In this document: positions 50,520-64,000 of the stretch, piece after piece
How the letters are laid out: the number at the start of each line of letters is the position of its first letter
Numbering within the stretch: the first letter of the stretch is position 1
Assembly (NCBI GenBank): GCA_002104945.1
Contig: MCFH01000014.1
Coordinates: 372,001-436,000 of the forward strand
DNA: 64,000 nt
Direction of reading: 5' to 3'
DNA from: Piromyces finnis finn
Lineage: Eukaryota; Fungi; Neocallimastigomycota
Made by a program: the position numbers and the translations under genes
The notes under the pieces: model-generated
Told to the model about the DNA's origin: nothing
The model's input: only the letters and a program-made list of their open reading frames with translations
The model's database searches: none

Positions 50520-51800
50520 TGCAATTTTTTTTTCTGTTCAATATTAATAAAAGATTTTTTCTTCGTATCAGCAAAAACAGATGGCATCAGAAAATTAATT
50601 ATTATTATTATTAATAATCAAATTTATAGTATAACTGAAAACTTTTCAGTAGAATTTATAAGAGAAATTGAAGGTAATTTCCATTTAATATTGGATTGCA
50701 AATTTATTAATAATACTTTTATCCCTTTTGATATTTTATACCGTGAATTGGATTTAAGAAGTTACTCTTACAAAGAAAGAATAAACATTCTTAATTCTTT
50801 AGATTACCTTAAATTTGAAAAATTATAGTTAAAAAAGTTATAAAATGCTGTAAAATTTTTTTCAAGATATTCAAACATTTGTATCATCGGAATTAGAAAA
50901 TACCACACCAAACGATGGTATTGTCATAACCAGCGGAGCATCAACCTATTTTGAAAATGCTAAAGCTTATAAAATTAAAACTATTTACACAGTAGATATC
51001 GAGTTTAATGGACGCTATTTTTTAGCTAGGGAGCATAGAATGAATATATCTTTTAAATTTATCAGTAGAAAAATATAAAAATATATGTATAATAAGTTTA
51101 AAGTACAAAATCACAAAACTACAAACCCTATTGAAAAGTATTATTATAGAAAGAAAATAGAAATTATAGAAGGCGTACCATGCAACAAAAAAGTAGTTAA
51201 ATATTATCATATTAAAAATAAAAAAATAAATTTTATTATAGAGTATGATTTAGATAATAAAAAATATATTAATTTTTGCAAAGATAAAATCAAATAGCAT
51301 AAAAATATTTAATAGTGTTTTATTGGTTTCCTATCAAAAAATCAATATTGATATTTTTTCACCTAAATCCAATGTTTTAATGCGTAAATACCACAATATA
51401 ATAAAACAAAATATTTTAAATGAATTTAGAGGAACTTTATTAGATATCGGTACAGGCAATGGTGGTGATATACACAAGTGGAATCATTTCCCGTAAGATC
51501 GTTTGTGTTGAACCAAACCATGAAAAATTAAAAATTTAAATAAAAGAATTTCAAATTCAGAAATTAAAAATAGAATCAAAATTATCCCGAATAATATTCA
51601 AGAAGAGATGTTAAATGATCATTTTGATATTACCACATGTTTTTTTGCATTAAATGGTATGTCTTATACCGACATAGCATAAACGATAAAAAATATCAAA
51701 AATTGTATAAGAAAAACATTTATTGAATTATTTTTCGATTCTTCAATTTAGTGAAAATATAACTTCAACATCACTAATTTATCGAAAATGTATTATTAAT
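50520..51800 (+). pseudogene. Virus-type mRNA capping enzyme (guanylyltransferase + guanine-N7 methyltransferase)
   Basis: FVSAKTDGIRK (KTDG 50574-50585), LILDCK, FIPFDIL, RINIL, PNDGIVI (50914), YKIKTIYTVD (50968-50997), FCKDK, then MRKYHNIIK (51380), LLDIGTGNGGDIHKW (DIGTGNGGD 51443-51469), IVCVEPN, FDITTCFFALN. Several stops and frameshifts. Confidence 0.9.
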
Positions 51801-52321
51801 GAAAATAATAAAATTATAAATACAACCGATAAATTATCATTAACCTATCTGTTAAGTTGCCTTAGATATACGTATGGTGAATGCGATAATATAATGTATG
51901 TAAATATTCTTCTTTTCTTAAAGGCATTGAATTTTCAAATAATATTCCTTAAAGAAAAAAGAAAGACAATTAAGGAAAATATAGTAAAATATATAATTAT
52001 TATTACTTTTATAATTATTATAATTATTTTTATTATTATAATCATTATTATTTCATCATTTATAATATTTAAGATTTATTTCAATAAAAGGATTTATATA
52101 AAGATTTTTATTATTTAAAACATATATATATATATATATTAAAAAGAAAATGTAAAAAAAAAAAGAAATCTTTAGAAAATATAATAAAATAAATTAAAAA
52201 GATTATTTAATATTAAAAGTACCAATTTAAATTCAAAGGGTAAATCAAATAAAAAAGTGAAGTTAAATTTCAATTCAAGTATACGTTTTCATTTGGGAAT
52301 TAATAGTTCACTGTTGTTAAG

Positions 52322-53010
52322 ATGTATGAATTAATTCATACTTTCGATTTCAGTGAAAACCCTGAACTGAAAAATAAAATATTGAAAATATTTCTCAAAA
52401 ATATACCTGTTTTACCCATAAATATGAGACTTTCAATTATGGATTTCAACAATATCATAATTCATAATAGTATAACATCCATGTATATAAGACTGTTAGA
52501 TTTAAATCATCAGTTTCAAAGTAACACCAATATTATTTCGTATGGTGGATATGGATTAAAAGTATTCAATCTATATAAAAAAATTCTTGGAATTTATAGT
52601 TCCACCGATACTACGGAAAATTCTGATAAAAATTTTATTAAACAAAGATTATCGGGAAAAACGGATTTTTAAAAGTATGTGTATAGTCAAAAGACAAAAT
52701 TTTTGTCTTAGTAGTGTTATTGTGCCAAATATAAATATTCCCTTGGATAAAATATTGATATCAAAAAAATTTATAGATCAATTAATTCCCCATGGATATA
52801 AGCCAAATGACTATGTAATTATTAATAGACAACCTACACTCCAAACTACTTCTATATTATCTGTTCGCTCCTTTCTAGCAGTCGGACCATCCAAATTAAT
52901 CCTCTAATAGCCAGCGTTTTTCAAGCTGATTTTGACGAGAATGAAATGAATTTTTTTGGCTGCTGGGAGAAGAATCTAAAAAAGAATTAATCCTGTTGTT
53001 TTCATGCTAT
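52322..53010 (+). pseudogene. Reduced multisubunit RNA polymerase largest-subunit (beta-prime/Rpb1-type) fragment
   Basis: IPVLPINMRLS (region B), KQRLSGKT / KRQNFCLSSVIVPN (region C), YVIINRQPTLQTTSI, then after a frameshift TIQINPLIASVFQADFDENEMN (52922-52951; decayed NADFDGDEMN) and LGEESKKEL. Confidence 0.9.
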
Positions 53011-53543
53011 TTAGTGCAAAAGCCATTTCGGTTCGAAAGTTCATTAACTAAATTAAATCGTTGGTGGTAGAAGTTCCACATCCTATTTATGAATACAATG
53101 AATTTAAAAATTCTAAATGTTTTTGCAAGGCCCGAGAACTTGCTTGTGAACTTGACTTTACTATTCAATGGTAGTAAAATTATATTCATTTTATTTATTT
53201 CACGATATTAAAATCATTTTAAAAGATAGGATTCTATTATATTAAATATATATAATTACAGATAAATTATATAAAGTTTATTTATGTATAATATATATGT
53301 ATAATCTCTTTCTATATCATTTTTAATTCATAACGTTCAATACAAGATGTATTAATTCTACATTTTAAGTTTAATGAAATTTAAAATTTAAAAATTATAA
53401 AAATTTTTATTGATTAAAAATCATTAAAATTTAAAATTTAGAAAGTTTGAGATTGATAAATCGAAAATAATTCTCAATAGTAGTACCATTCTTTTTTATT
53501 AAATAATTTATACTAAGCTGAGCTTTTACAATTGTTTTAATTC

Positions 53544-53694
<151 letters not shown>

Positions 53695-54446
53695 AATATC
53701 AATAATTAAACAATTAAATAAAAATTTTTAATAATAACAATATTATTTAATAAAATGTTTGAATTTTTTTATCTAAGAACCAAATTGTTTAATTATTTTA
53801 AATAATTTCTACTTCTTACAAAGATTGATATAAAAATTATTTATTATTATTATTAATTAATAAAAGTTAACTATATCATATTTTCTTTAATAGTATATTA
53901 TATAACTTATTAATATAAGTAGCACAAAATATTGTCCACCATTATATTAATTTAATTAAAATTTATATTTAAAAATATATTTATATTAAATTTTTTATAA
54001 ATATTTTAAAACTTTATAAATAATTATTATTACTTTTTATTTATTATTAATTTAAATAATTAAATAATAATAAATTAAGGTAAATAGATTTATAATGTCT
54101 TTTTTTTTTTATTTTTCCTTTATTTTAATTAAATAATATTAATTAAGGTTACTGTAGTACAAATCATATCCAAATTATGGAAAATTTTTGGTAATTTAAT
54201 TCAATAATATTTTCCTTTATATATAATAAATTTGTTAAACAAAAATTTTTTAAAAAATATGTTATTATTAAATTCCTTTTTTTTAAAAAAAAATAAAACA
54301 AACTATTGAATTAAACAATTAAATATTTTATAATTGTTTGATCACTTTATATATTTAATATATATTTTATTTATTATATATTTTTATTTTATATTATTTA
54401 TTTTATAATATTTATTTTATGTTTTTATTTATTTTTGTAATATCAG

Positions 54447-55024
54447 TAACTCCCTTACATATAGCCTTATTTTTTTATAATAAAGATATTATAGATATAT
54501 AAATTAGGTATGGAGCTAAGATAAATATAAGAAATAGCATAGGAGCTACGCCAATACTTAAATTATGTGAGGTTTATTGGTATGATAATATTAATATGGA
54601 AGAAGTTTTAAAATTATTTATTAATTATGGTACTAATATTTATATAAAGGATAACGATAAAAACACCGCATTATATTATGCTGTTAGAGGATTTAAAGAA
54701 AAGGCAATAGACTATTTATTGAAAAATAATTTTGATGTTAATATGCAAAATATCAATGGTGATACACCATTACATATGGCTTGTAAAGATATAAGGGGTG
54801 ATGGAGAAATGATGCAATATTTAGTAGAAAGAGGAGCGGATGTCAACATAATCAATAATAAAAGTGAGACTCCCTTGTTTTGTTTATGTAACTGTACTTA
54901 TAAAGATGAAGGTATGCCATTATTAGTAGAAAGTGGAGCAGATATAAATATAGCAAATAATAAAGGTGAAACACCATTGTTAATATCTTGTAAATATGGA
55001 AAAGAAGATTTATCTAAGAAATAA
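54447..55024 (+). pseudogene. Ankyrin-repeat gene, probably disrupted
   Basis: TPLHIAL, GATPIL, NTALYYA, GDTPLHMAC, ETPLF, GETPLLISC; in-frame TAA at 54500-54502 and an abrupt stop mid-repeat at 55024. Confidence 0.75.
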
Positions 55025-55557
55025 AAAATTAAATGCTGATACAGCAAAACGGTATAATGCAGATAAATCATTTTTTGATAATAAAACTAGAGAAGAATAT
55101 TTAAAAAAGAATTCTGAAAATTATGAAAACTTTAGAAATAATTATGATCAATAATAATTGCAAAATTTATCAGAAGAAAGCAAAACAAAAATAATTATAA
55201 AAGAATATATTAATAGTAATATAGAAGATTATAAGGAATATAGTTACTTGATCATTTATTTGAAGAGTGTAAAAATTATAAAAATATGGATGAGGACAGT
55301 AGAAATAGTAAACCAAAAAAAGAATATGAAAAAACAATTAAACCTAAAGTCCTTAAAGAAAATATTAAAAGCTAATTAGATATTAAAATGTCAAGCTTGG
55401 AATAAATAATTAAAGTTATTAAAAATTATAAATTGAGTAATGAAATAAAAAAAGCAAAATAAAGTAGAATTTGAAATCATTGGAAATTTAGCATCACAAA
55501 ATTTGATAGAAAAAATATATGCTGTTAATATGTATGATGGAACTACAGAACAAGCGC

Positions 55558-55603
55558 AACATTATAAATTTGCAACATTATAAATGTGCAAATTTATAAT
55601 GTT
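55558..55603. repeat. Perfect 17-bp inverted repeat with 12-nt spacer
   Basis: aacattataaatttgca (55558-55574) and tgcaaatttataatgtt (55587-55603). Confidence 0.9.
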
Positions 55604-56590
55604 ACAAGAATTCAAATTATTTATCACATGAATAGATTAAAGATATATTTAAATACGACATCGATGATATGATAGGAATATGTAATGATTTATTAGATCG
55701 TCATAGATAAATTCACTGTCTTTTCTTTTTATCATTTTAAAAAAGTTTCTTTTTTGTTATAGATTATGAATGGTTTTGTATATAACATTCTTTCTTTTAT
55801 GGAAATGAATTAATATAACTTTTGGATCTTAGTAACCTATTTACTATATAGAAATATGCTGGAACTATTTTATTTTGAGTATTGTTTTTTGTAATGGATT
55901 ATATGTATTACTATACATTATAATTATTATTTAAAAATAATTAATATTCTTTTTAAAGGTAAATGTGGGATGTATTGTATGATTTAAAATAAATGAATGA
56001 TAATGAAACTAAATAAAATTTAAAATGAAATTTAGTGTTTTTTTTCTTCTTGCTACTGATTTATTATTTTTTATTATTTTACTTTAAAAGTTTAAAGATA
56101 ATAGCATAAACTATCTTTTTTTTTAATTCAACAATATAATAAAAGAAAAGGTATGATTTACTTTAATATTTAAATCCTTTTTTTTTTTTTTTTTACTTTA
56201 ATATATTATTTCAATTTATTATAAACAATTGAAATGAACAAAATTTCTGTTTAAATTAATCCATTTTTAATACTAAAAAATAAATGTAACCAAAATTTAA
56301 AGTTTTAAGACTTTCATTTATAAAATAAAAAGTACATATATTATTATTATATTCTAATATATATTATAATTTATTAATTGAATAGATTTAAAATAATTAC
56401 CATTTACAACATTTACAATAACTACTTTATTATAAAATCAATCAAGATATATTTATAATAATAAAAGGTTCTCATTAAAGAAATTGTATTTTTTAATATA
56501 TATATATATATTTATTTCTTAGTTTCTAATTATAATTATCATTATCTATATTGTAATGATTATTGCTATATTGCTATTGTTGTCATTATT

Positions 56591-59446
<2,856 letters not shown>

Positions 59447-60848
59447 TCTATATTACTGTTTTATTTGGTATATATATCTATATATATAAATTATTTTGGG
59501 AGGGGGGTTCTAAAAAAAAAAAAAACTAATTAAAAATAGACAAAAAAACACAATCTAATAGATTTTAAATGTAGTTAAAAGTATGATATTTTTCTATAAA
59601 AAAATATTTATTATTTAAGTTAAACCTTTTATCTTTTTTTCTAAGAAACTTTTTTTAAAAAAAACAATCAAATATAATTATATGAATAATAGGTATATAA
59701 ATATATATCTAAAATACATCTAACAATGTTTTTAATCATAACAGATCAACCAATTGATATAATTAACATTTGACTCTGAAATACTAATTATTTTCAATGC
59801 AACGATTGATTATAAGAAAGAAGGTAAAAAGTTAATTTATTATTAAAAAAAGTCAATTATCCTTAATTAAATAAATCATGATATTTAAAATGTATCCAAA
59901 ATTTTTTATAATTTCATTATCCTTAATTTTTAATGGTTTTCTGTAAATTAGTTATTTTTATAGAAAAGTGAAAAAAAAAAAAAAAAAATATCTTTTAAAG
60001 TTCAAGTTGATTACCTTTAATTTGTATCATTTTTAAAAATTATTGATTTTAATGGTAATGAGTTCAGAATGATTTAAACTATGACTTTTTTTTTTCCCTT
60101 AATATTTTATAAAAAAAAAAAAAAAGCATTAACATATATTATATAAAATAAAAAGATGTGTAGGTGTACATTTTATACTTTTTTATCTTTTACTAATCAT
60201 AAAAATTAAATTTATTTTTTTGTCTTTCACACTAAAAAAAAAAAGAGGATCTAATTTATATTTTTATAAATATTTAAACTTTTAAAATTGTACATGAAAT
60301 ATGATAAAATAAAGAATAATAAAAACTATTATAAAGTATATATATATTTTTTCTATTATTTGTTTTTATCCTATATATAAAAAAAAAAAGTTTTATAAAT
60401 GTAAAATTTTGATAATGATAATAAAAAAATTATGAATCCTATTAAATATAGTGTATATTTTTATATTTATTTAAATTATATATATAAAAGAATACAATTC
60501 TTTTTATTATTATTATTTTTATTATTATCTTTTTCGGTATAACAGCTTATTTTTTATGAATACTAAAGGTTAAATAGCATTCTGTTAATTATGAATAATG
60601 AATATTAAATATAATCTTAAATATATATATATATGAAAATATAAAGAATTTTATATTTTTAAAATCTATGAATTTCTATGATTCATTTCTATTATTAAAA
60701 AGAATGAAGTATATTATAACAATAAAAATTATATATTTGCTTTGTTTTATATTATTTAATAAATAATGATTTTTCTTTTATTTTTTTTTTTTACTTTTTT
60801 TGTTTCTTTAGAAGAATTTTTTTTGTTCAGAAAAAAAAAAAGAAAAAA

Positions 60849-62158
60849 CTATATTACAACACAGAAATTATTCCGTGATACTCCATCATTTAATAATACT
60901 TTTGGAAATTTTGGTTTTGCTTTTTGAATCTTTTGAATATTAATATCCTTTATCTTCCGGAATAGGTAATAAACTAATTTTCTGGAAACATGTGAAGTCA
61001 CTAGGGTAAAACCTAAATAATCCAAAATCTTTTTAAAATGTTCATCTGTACAATATCTTGAATTATTAACACAAGGATTTGGTAAAACAATGAATAATAA
61101 ACCATTTTTTACTAAAAATTTATTTGCTCTTGCTATCATAATGCCTATTCATTAATTTTTTGTTTGTTTGTTTATTTGTTGTTTTAAAAGAATTTCATAC
61201 ATTGATGAAATGTTAATTTTTGTAAAATACATATTATATATCAGTATTAATAATTAAATTATTATTACTTAATATAAATAAAAATTTATATTAAAATTTA
61301 TATATTCCTATGTATATGTAATTTTAATAAATACCTCTTTTTTTATTATCTCCTACAAAATTAATAACAAGGGATAAACATAAAATTTGATATTTTTCTG
61401 CAGGAATTGGGTATTCAAAAAAGTCTGCTTTTTCTACTAAAGAATCTTGTGGGTTTAAATCTATTGCTTTTGCCTTTATCCATTTACCTTCTTTACTATA
61501 ATTTGAACCTGAAACAGCTCCAATATCTAATAATGAATATGTTTTTGACTATTTATAATATGGGAATTTTATTTAAGTGCAAAATTAATTAAATAAAAAA
61601 AAAAAGAAATTAAATTAAAAATGTGAAATTCATTTTTCATAAATTTTGAATTCAATTCGTATATATACATATATATATTAAAATATAATTATTTGAATTA
61701 TTTTCATTAGAAATATATATATATTTTAATTCATTTATATATATAAATGAATTAATATTTTTATGCCATTATACTATTAATATTATACATACATTAGAGG
61801 GTTTTCCTGCTATATAATTATCATCATTTTCAAATTCAGTTGGTTTTTTTAACGATAATAGTTGCTTAATAAACCATTTAGAAGAATCTCCACCACGACG
61901 TTTATCTTGACCTAAAAGACTAGCCTTTTGATAGGCATCTAATCCACCCATATGTTCTATCGTTTTTTCTATTTCATTTAATCTTTCAATAACCTCAGAG
62001 TTTTGTGGTTGTTGTTTCAACCTTTCTTTTTCTTTATTTAATACATGAAATTTTGATATCAATGCTTGTGAAAATTGATGAGTTTTCTTTTTACGAATAG
62101 TTTTATTATTGGTAGTAGCTACCACTGGTTTTGGTAATCTTTTTCTTTTCAGCGTCAT
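60849..62158 (-). CDS. BMT2: 25S rRNA adenine-N1 methyltransferase Bmt2 (three exons)
   Basis: LISKFHVL; MGGLDAYQKASLLGQDKRRGGDSSKWF; LLDIGAVS; IDLNPQ; ADFF; LCLSLVINFVG; LPNPCVNNSRY. Confidence 0.9.
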
Positions 62159-62237
62159 TTATATTTTTCTTTTTAACGGGTAATATTAAGTTAAAAAAAA
62201 AAAAAAAAATTAAATAATCTTTTCATGGTTTTGATCA

Positions 62238-62243
62238 CACGTG
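62238..62243. promoter_or_regulatory. CACGTG E-box ~80 bp upstream of the BMT2 ATG
   Basis: cacacgtgat in AT-rich promoter DNA. Confidence 0.35.
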
Positions 62244-62771
62244 ATAAAATTTAATTATGTAGCATATTCATTTATTTATGTTGGTTTAAATTATATAGTA
62301 TAAGGTGAAAGAAAGAAAAAAAAAAAAAGTAGTTAATAATAAAATGCTAAAAGTTAATTTATGATTAATAAATTGGTTTTTAGAGGGGAAACATTGATAT
62401 AAAAAATATAATAGTTATCATCAATAAGTTAAATTTCATTAATTACTATTTTTTTTTTAATTTAAATATATTTGTAAAACTTTTTTATTAATAATTATTA
62501 TTAATATTATTTTCTTCATAAAAGTCGAAGAATAATGGTAAAATACATTGAAAGTAAAAAAAAAAAATAGAAAAACAATTATTATATAGAAAAGAAAAGT
62601 ATAAATATATCAATATCAATAGATTAATTAACATAATAATATTAATTTTTTTTTAAATATTTAAAAAAAAAGTTTTTAACACAAAACAATAATATTAGTT
62701 TCATTAATAAAAAATAAAAAAAATAAAAAAGAGACTTCAAAAATTGAAAAAAATATATATATATATATAAT

Positions 62772-63731
62772 TTATGGTAAATAAGCATAATTTACAGTAC
62801 TACATTTCCATTCTTCAGATTTTGTAGTATCTATTTCATCTTTTTCATTTATTGTTGATGACATTGGAGGAGGAGAAGATACTAATATAGTGGAATCTAA
62901 AAGACTACTATTAGAATGAAACAATTTTGTATTTTTCAAATTATTAAAATCTAAACTAGTATAAGTGTTTGAAAGGGTCATTTGAAAACTATTACGGTAG
63001 CTATCATTACTTTTGTTATCCTCATCTTCTTGAATAGAATAAGTTCTGGTATATTCAAGGATTTTTAAAGGAGTATAATTATAATTGGAATAATAAACTT
63101 TTTCGGCATCCAATAATAACAAACAGAAATTATCTACCATTTCTTTTTGTAAATCTTCCATAGCTAAGGATACGGATTCATAATGTTCTTTTTGTTGATC
63201 TTCCTTTTTGATTTTCTGACATATTTCACAATCGGAATGATAACAATCATTATTATTACTATTATGATAATGACTACTCTTTTTTTTTAATGATTTTGAA
63301 CTTGGGTCCGGTACATGACAGTGATAACGTTTATGAGAACGATGACAGTATGGTTTAAACTCTAAATACTTTGATATATTGATTTCGTCTTGTTCATCCT
63401 TATTTATTGAACTAAAATTATTATAATCGTCCGAGGCCTCATTACCAACAACATGATTATCCTTTTCATTTTTTTGAATAAATTTATTTTTGTTTAGGTT
63501 ATGGTAATTTAAATAGTCATCAATTATTATATTTCTGGGATTAATAGATAAATAATTTTCATCTTCTCTTTCATTATCAAAATATTGTTTTGAATTCGTA
63601 GAAGTAGAATTTTCTTTTTGAATTTTATCTTTCTTTACTGTTTCCTTTTTTTCTTTTTTAAATCTATTTGGTATACCGGTATGAATTGGTAGAATATATT
63701 CTTTCCATTGACTTAGCCTTTCTTTTTCCAT
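62772..63731 (-). CDS. Hypothetical protein exon (probably part of a gene continuing upstream)
   Basis: 319-aa open frame that stays open upstream to a cag acceptor near 63808; no family recognised. Confidence 0.6.
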   Translation of the reverse strand: MEKERLSQWKEYILPIHTGIPNRFKKEKKETVKKDKIQKENSTSTNSKQYFDNEREDENYLSINPRNIIIDDYLNYHNLNKNKFIQKNEKDNHVVGNEASDDYNNFSSINKDEQDEINISKYLEFKPYCHRSHKRYHCHVPDPSSKSLKKKSSHYHNSNNNDCYHSDCEICQKIKKEDQQKEHYESVSLAMEDLQKEMVDNFCLLLLDAEKVYYSNYNYTPLKILEYTRTYSIQEDEDNKSNDSYRNSFQMTLSNTYTSLDFNNLKNTKLFHSNSSLLDSTILVSSPPPMSSTINEKDEIDTTKSEEWKCSTVNYAYLP

Positions 63732-64000
63732 GTTATACCCGAATTTTGAAAATATTTTATTTTTATAATTTGCTCTTGTGTAAATTAAACTGTTGGGTGA
63801 ACTAACTGATAGTTAGATAATAATTGTATTAGTATTAATATGATTTTTATGATTATAATTATTTAAATAAAATAGATATAATAAATCATGTCATCATGTA
63901 ATAATAATATATTAAACTATTAAACCCTACTTATATATAATTTTCCTAATAAACGATATATTTCATGAGTTATGGGTAAAAACCTACAAAATTTAAATAG

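Larger units (their letters stand above)
50500..53200 (+). mobile_element. Endogenous relic of a cytoplasmic DNA virus or linear plasmid (virus-like element)
   Basis: Intronless, co-oriented, degenerate capping-enzyme and RNA polymerase genes in an intron-rich host; no terminal repeats recognised; boundaries approximate. Confidence 0.8.

Noticed and set aside
52322-53010. Host Rpb1/Rpa1/Rpc1 gene or processed pseudogene
   Set aside because: No introns, collapsed inter-motif spacing, strong divergence and adjacency to a virus-type capping enzyme argue against host origin; a tree is still needed.

Overview
Extremely AT-rich, intron-rich eukaryotic DNA. Paired fungal (CBM10-type) dockerins, a CotH gene and the AT extreme point to an anaerobic gut fungus (Neocallimastigomycota); this is inferred from the sequence, not from a search. 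Left end: a decayed L1-like non-LTR retrotransposon. Core genes follow: CCT4, SAR1, a large FAM149/DUF3719-like low-complexity gene, EXO1, CCT7 and a GCP6-type gamma-tubulin complex gene. An accessory block at about 41-56 kb holds a CotH with degenerate kinase motifs, an Agd3/CE18-like deacetylase with two dockerins, an ankyrin pseudogene and a fossil cytoplasmic transcription cassette. That cassette, largely missed by the ORF track, is a virus-type mRNA capping enzyme (guanylyltransferase motifs I, III, IIIa, IV, V, VI plus cap N7-methyltransferase) followed on the same strand by a highly reduced multisubunit RNA polymerase beta-prime fragment. Both are intronless and broken by stops and frameshifts. 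The pair most resembles yeast linear-plasmid/virus-like elements (pGKL2 Orf3/Orf6 type) or a pox/NCLDV relative. Right end: a TM-RING-H2 ligase, BMT2 and an orphan ORF. All exon calls were read by eye.
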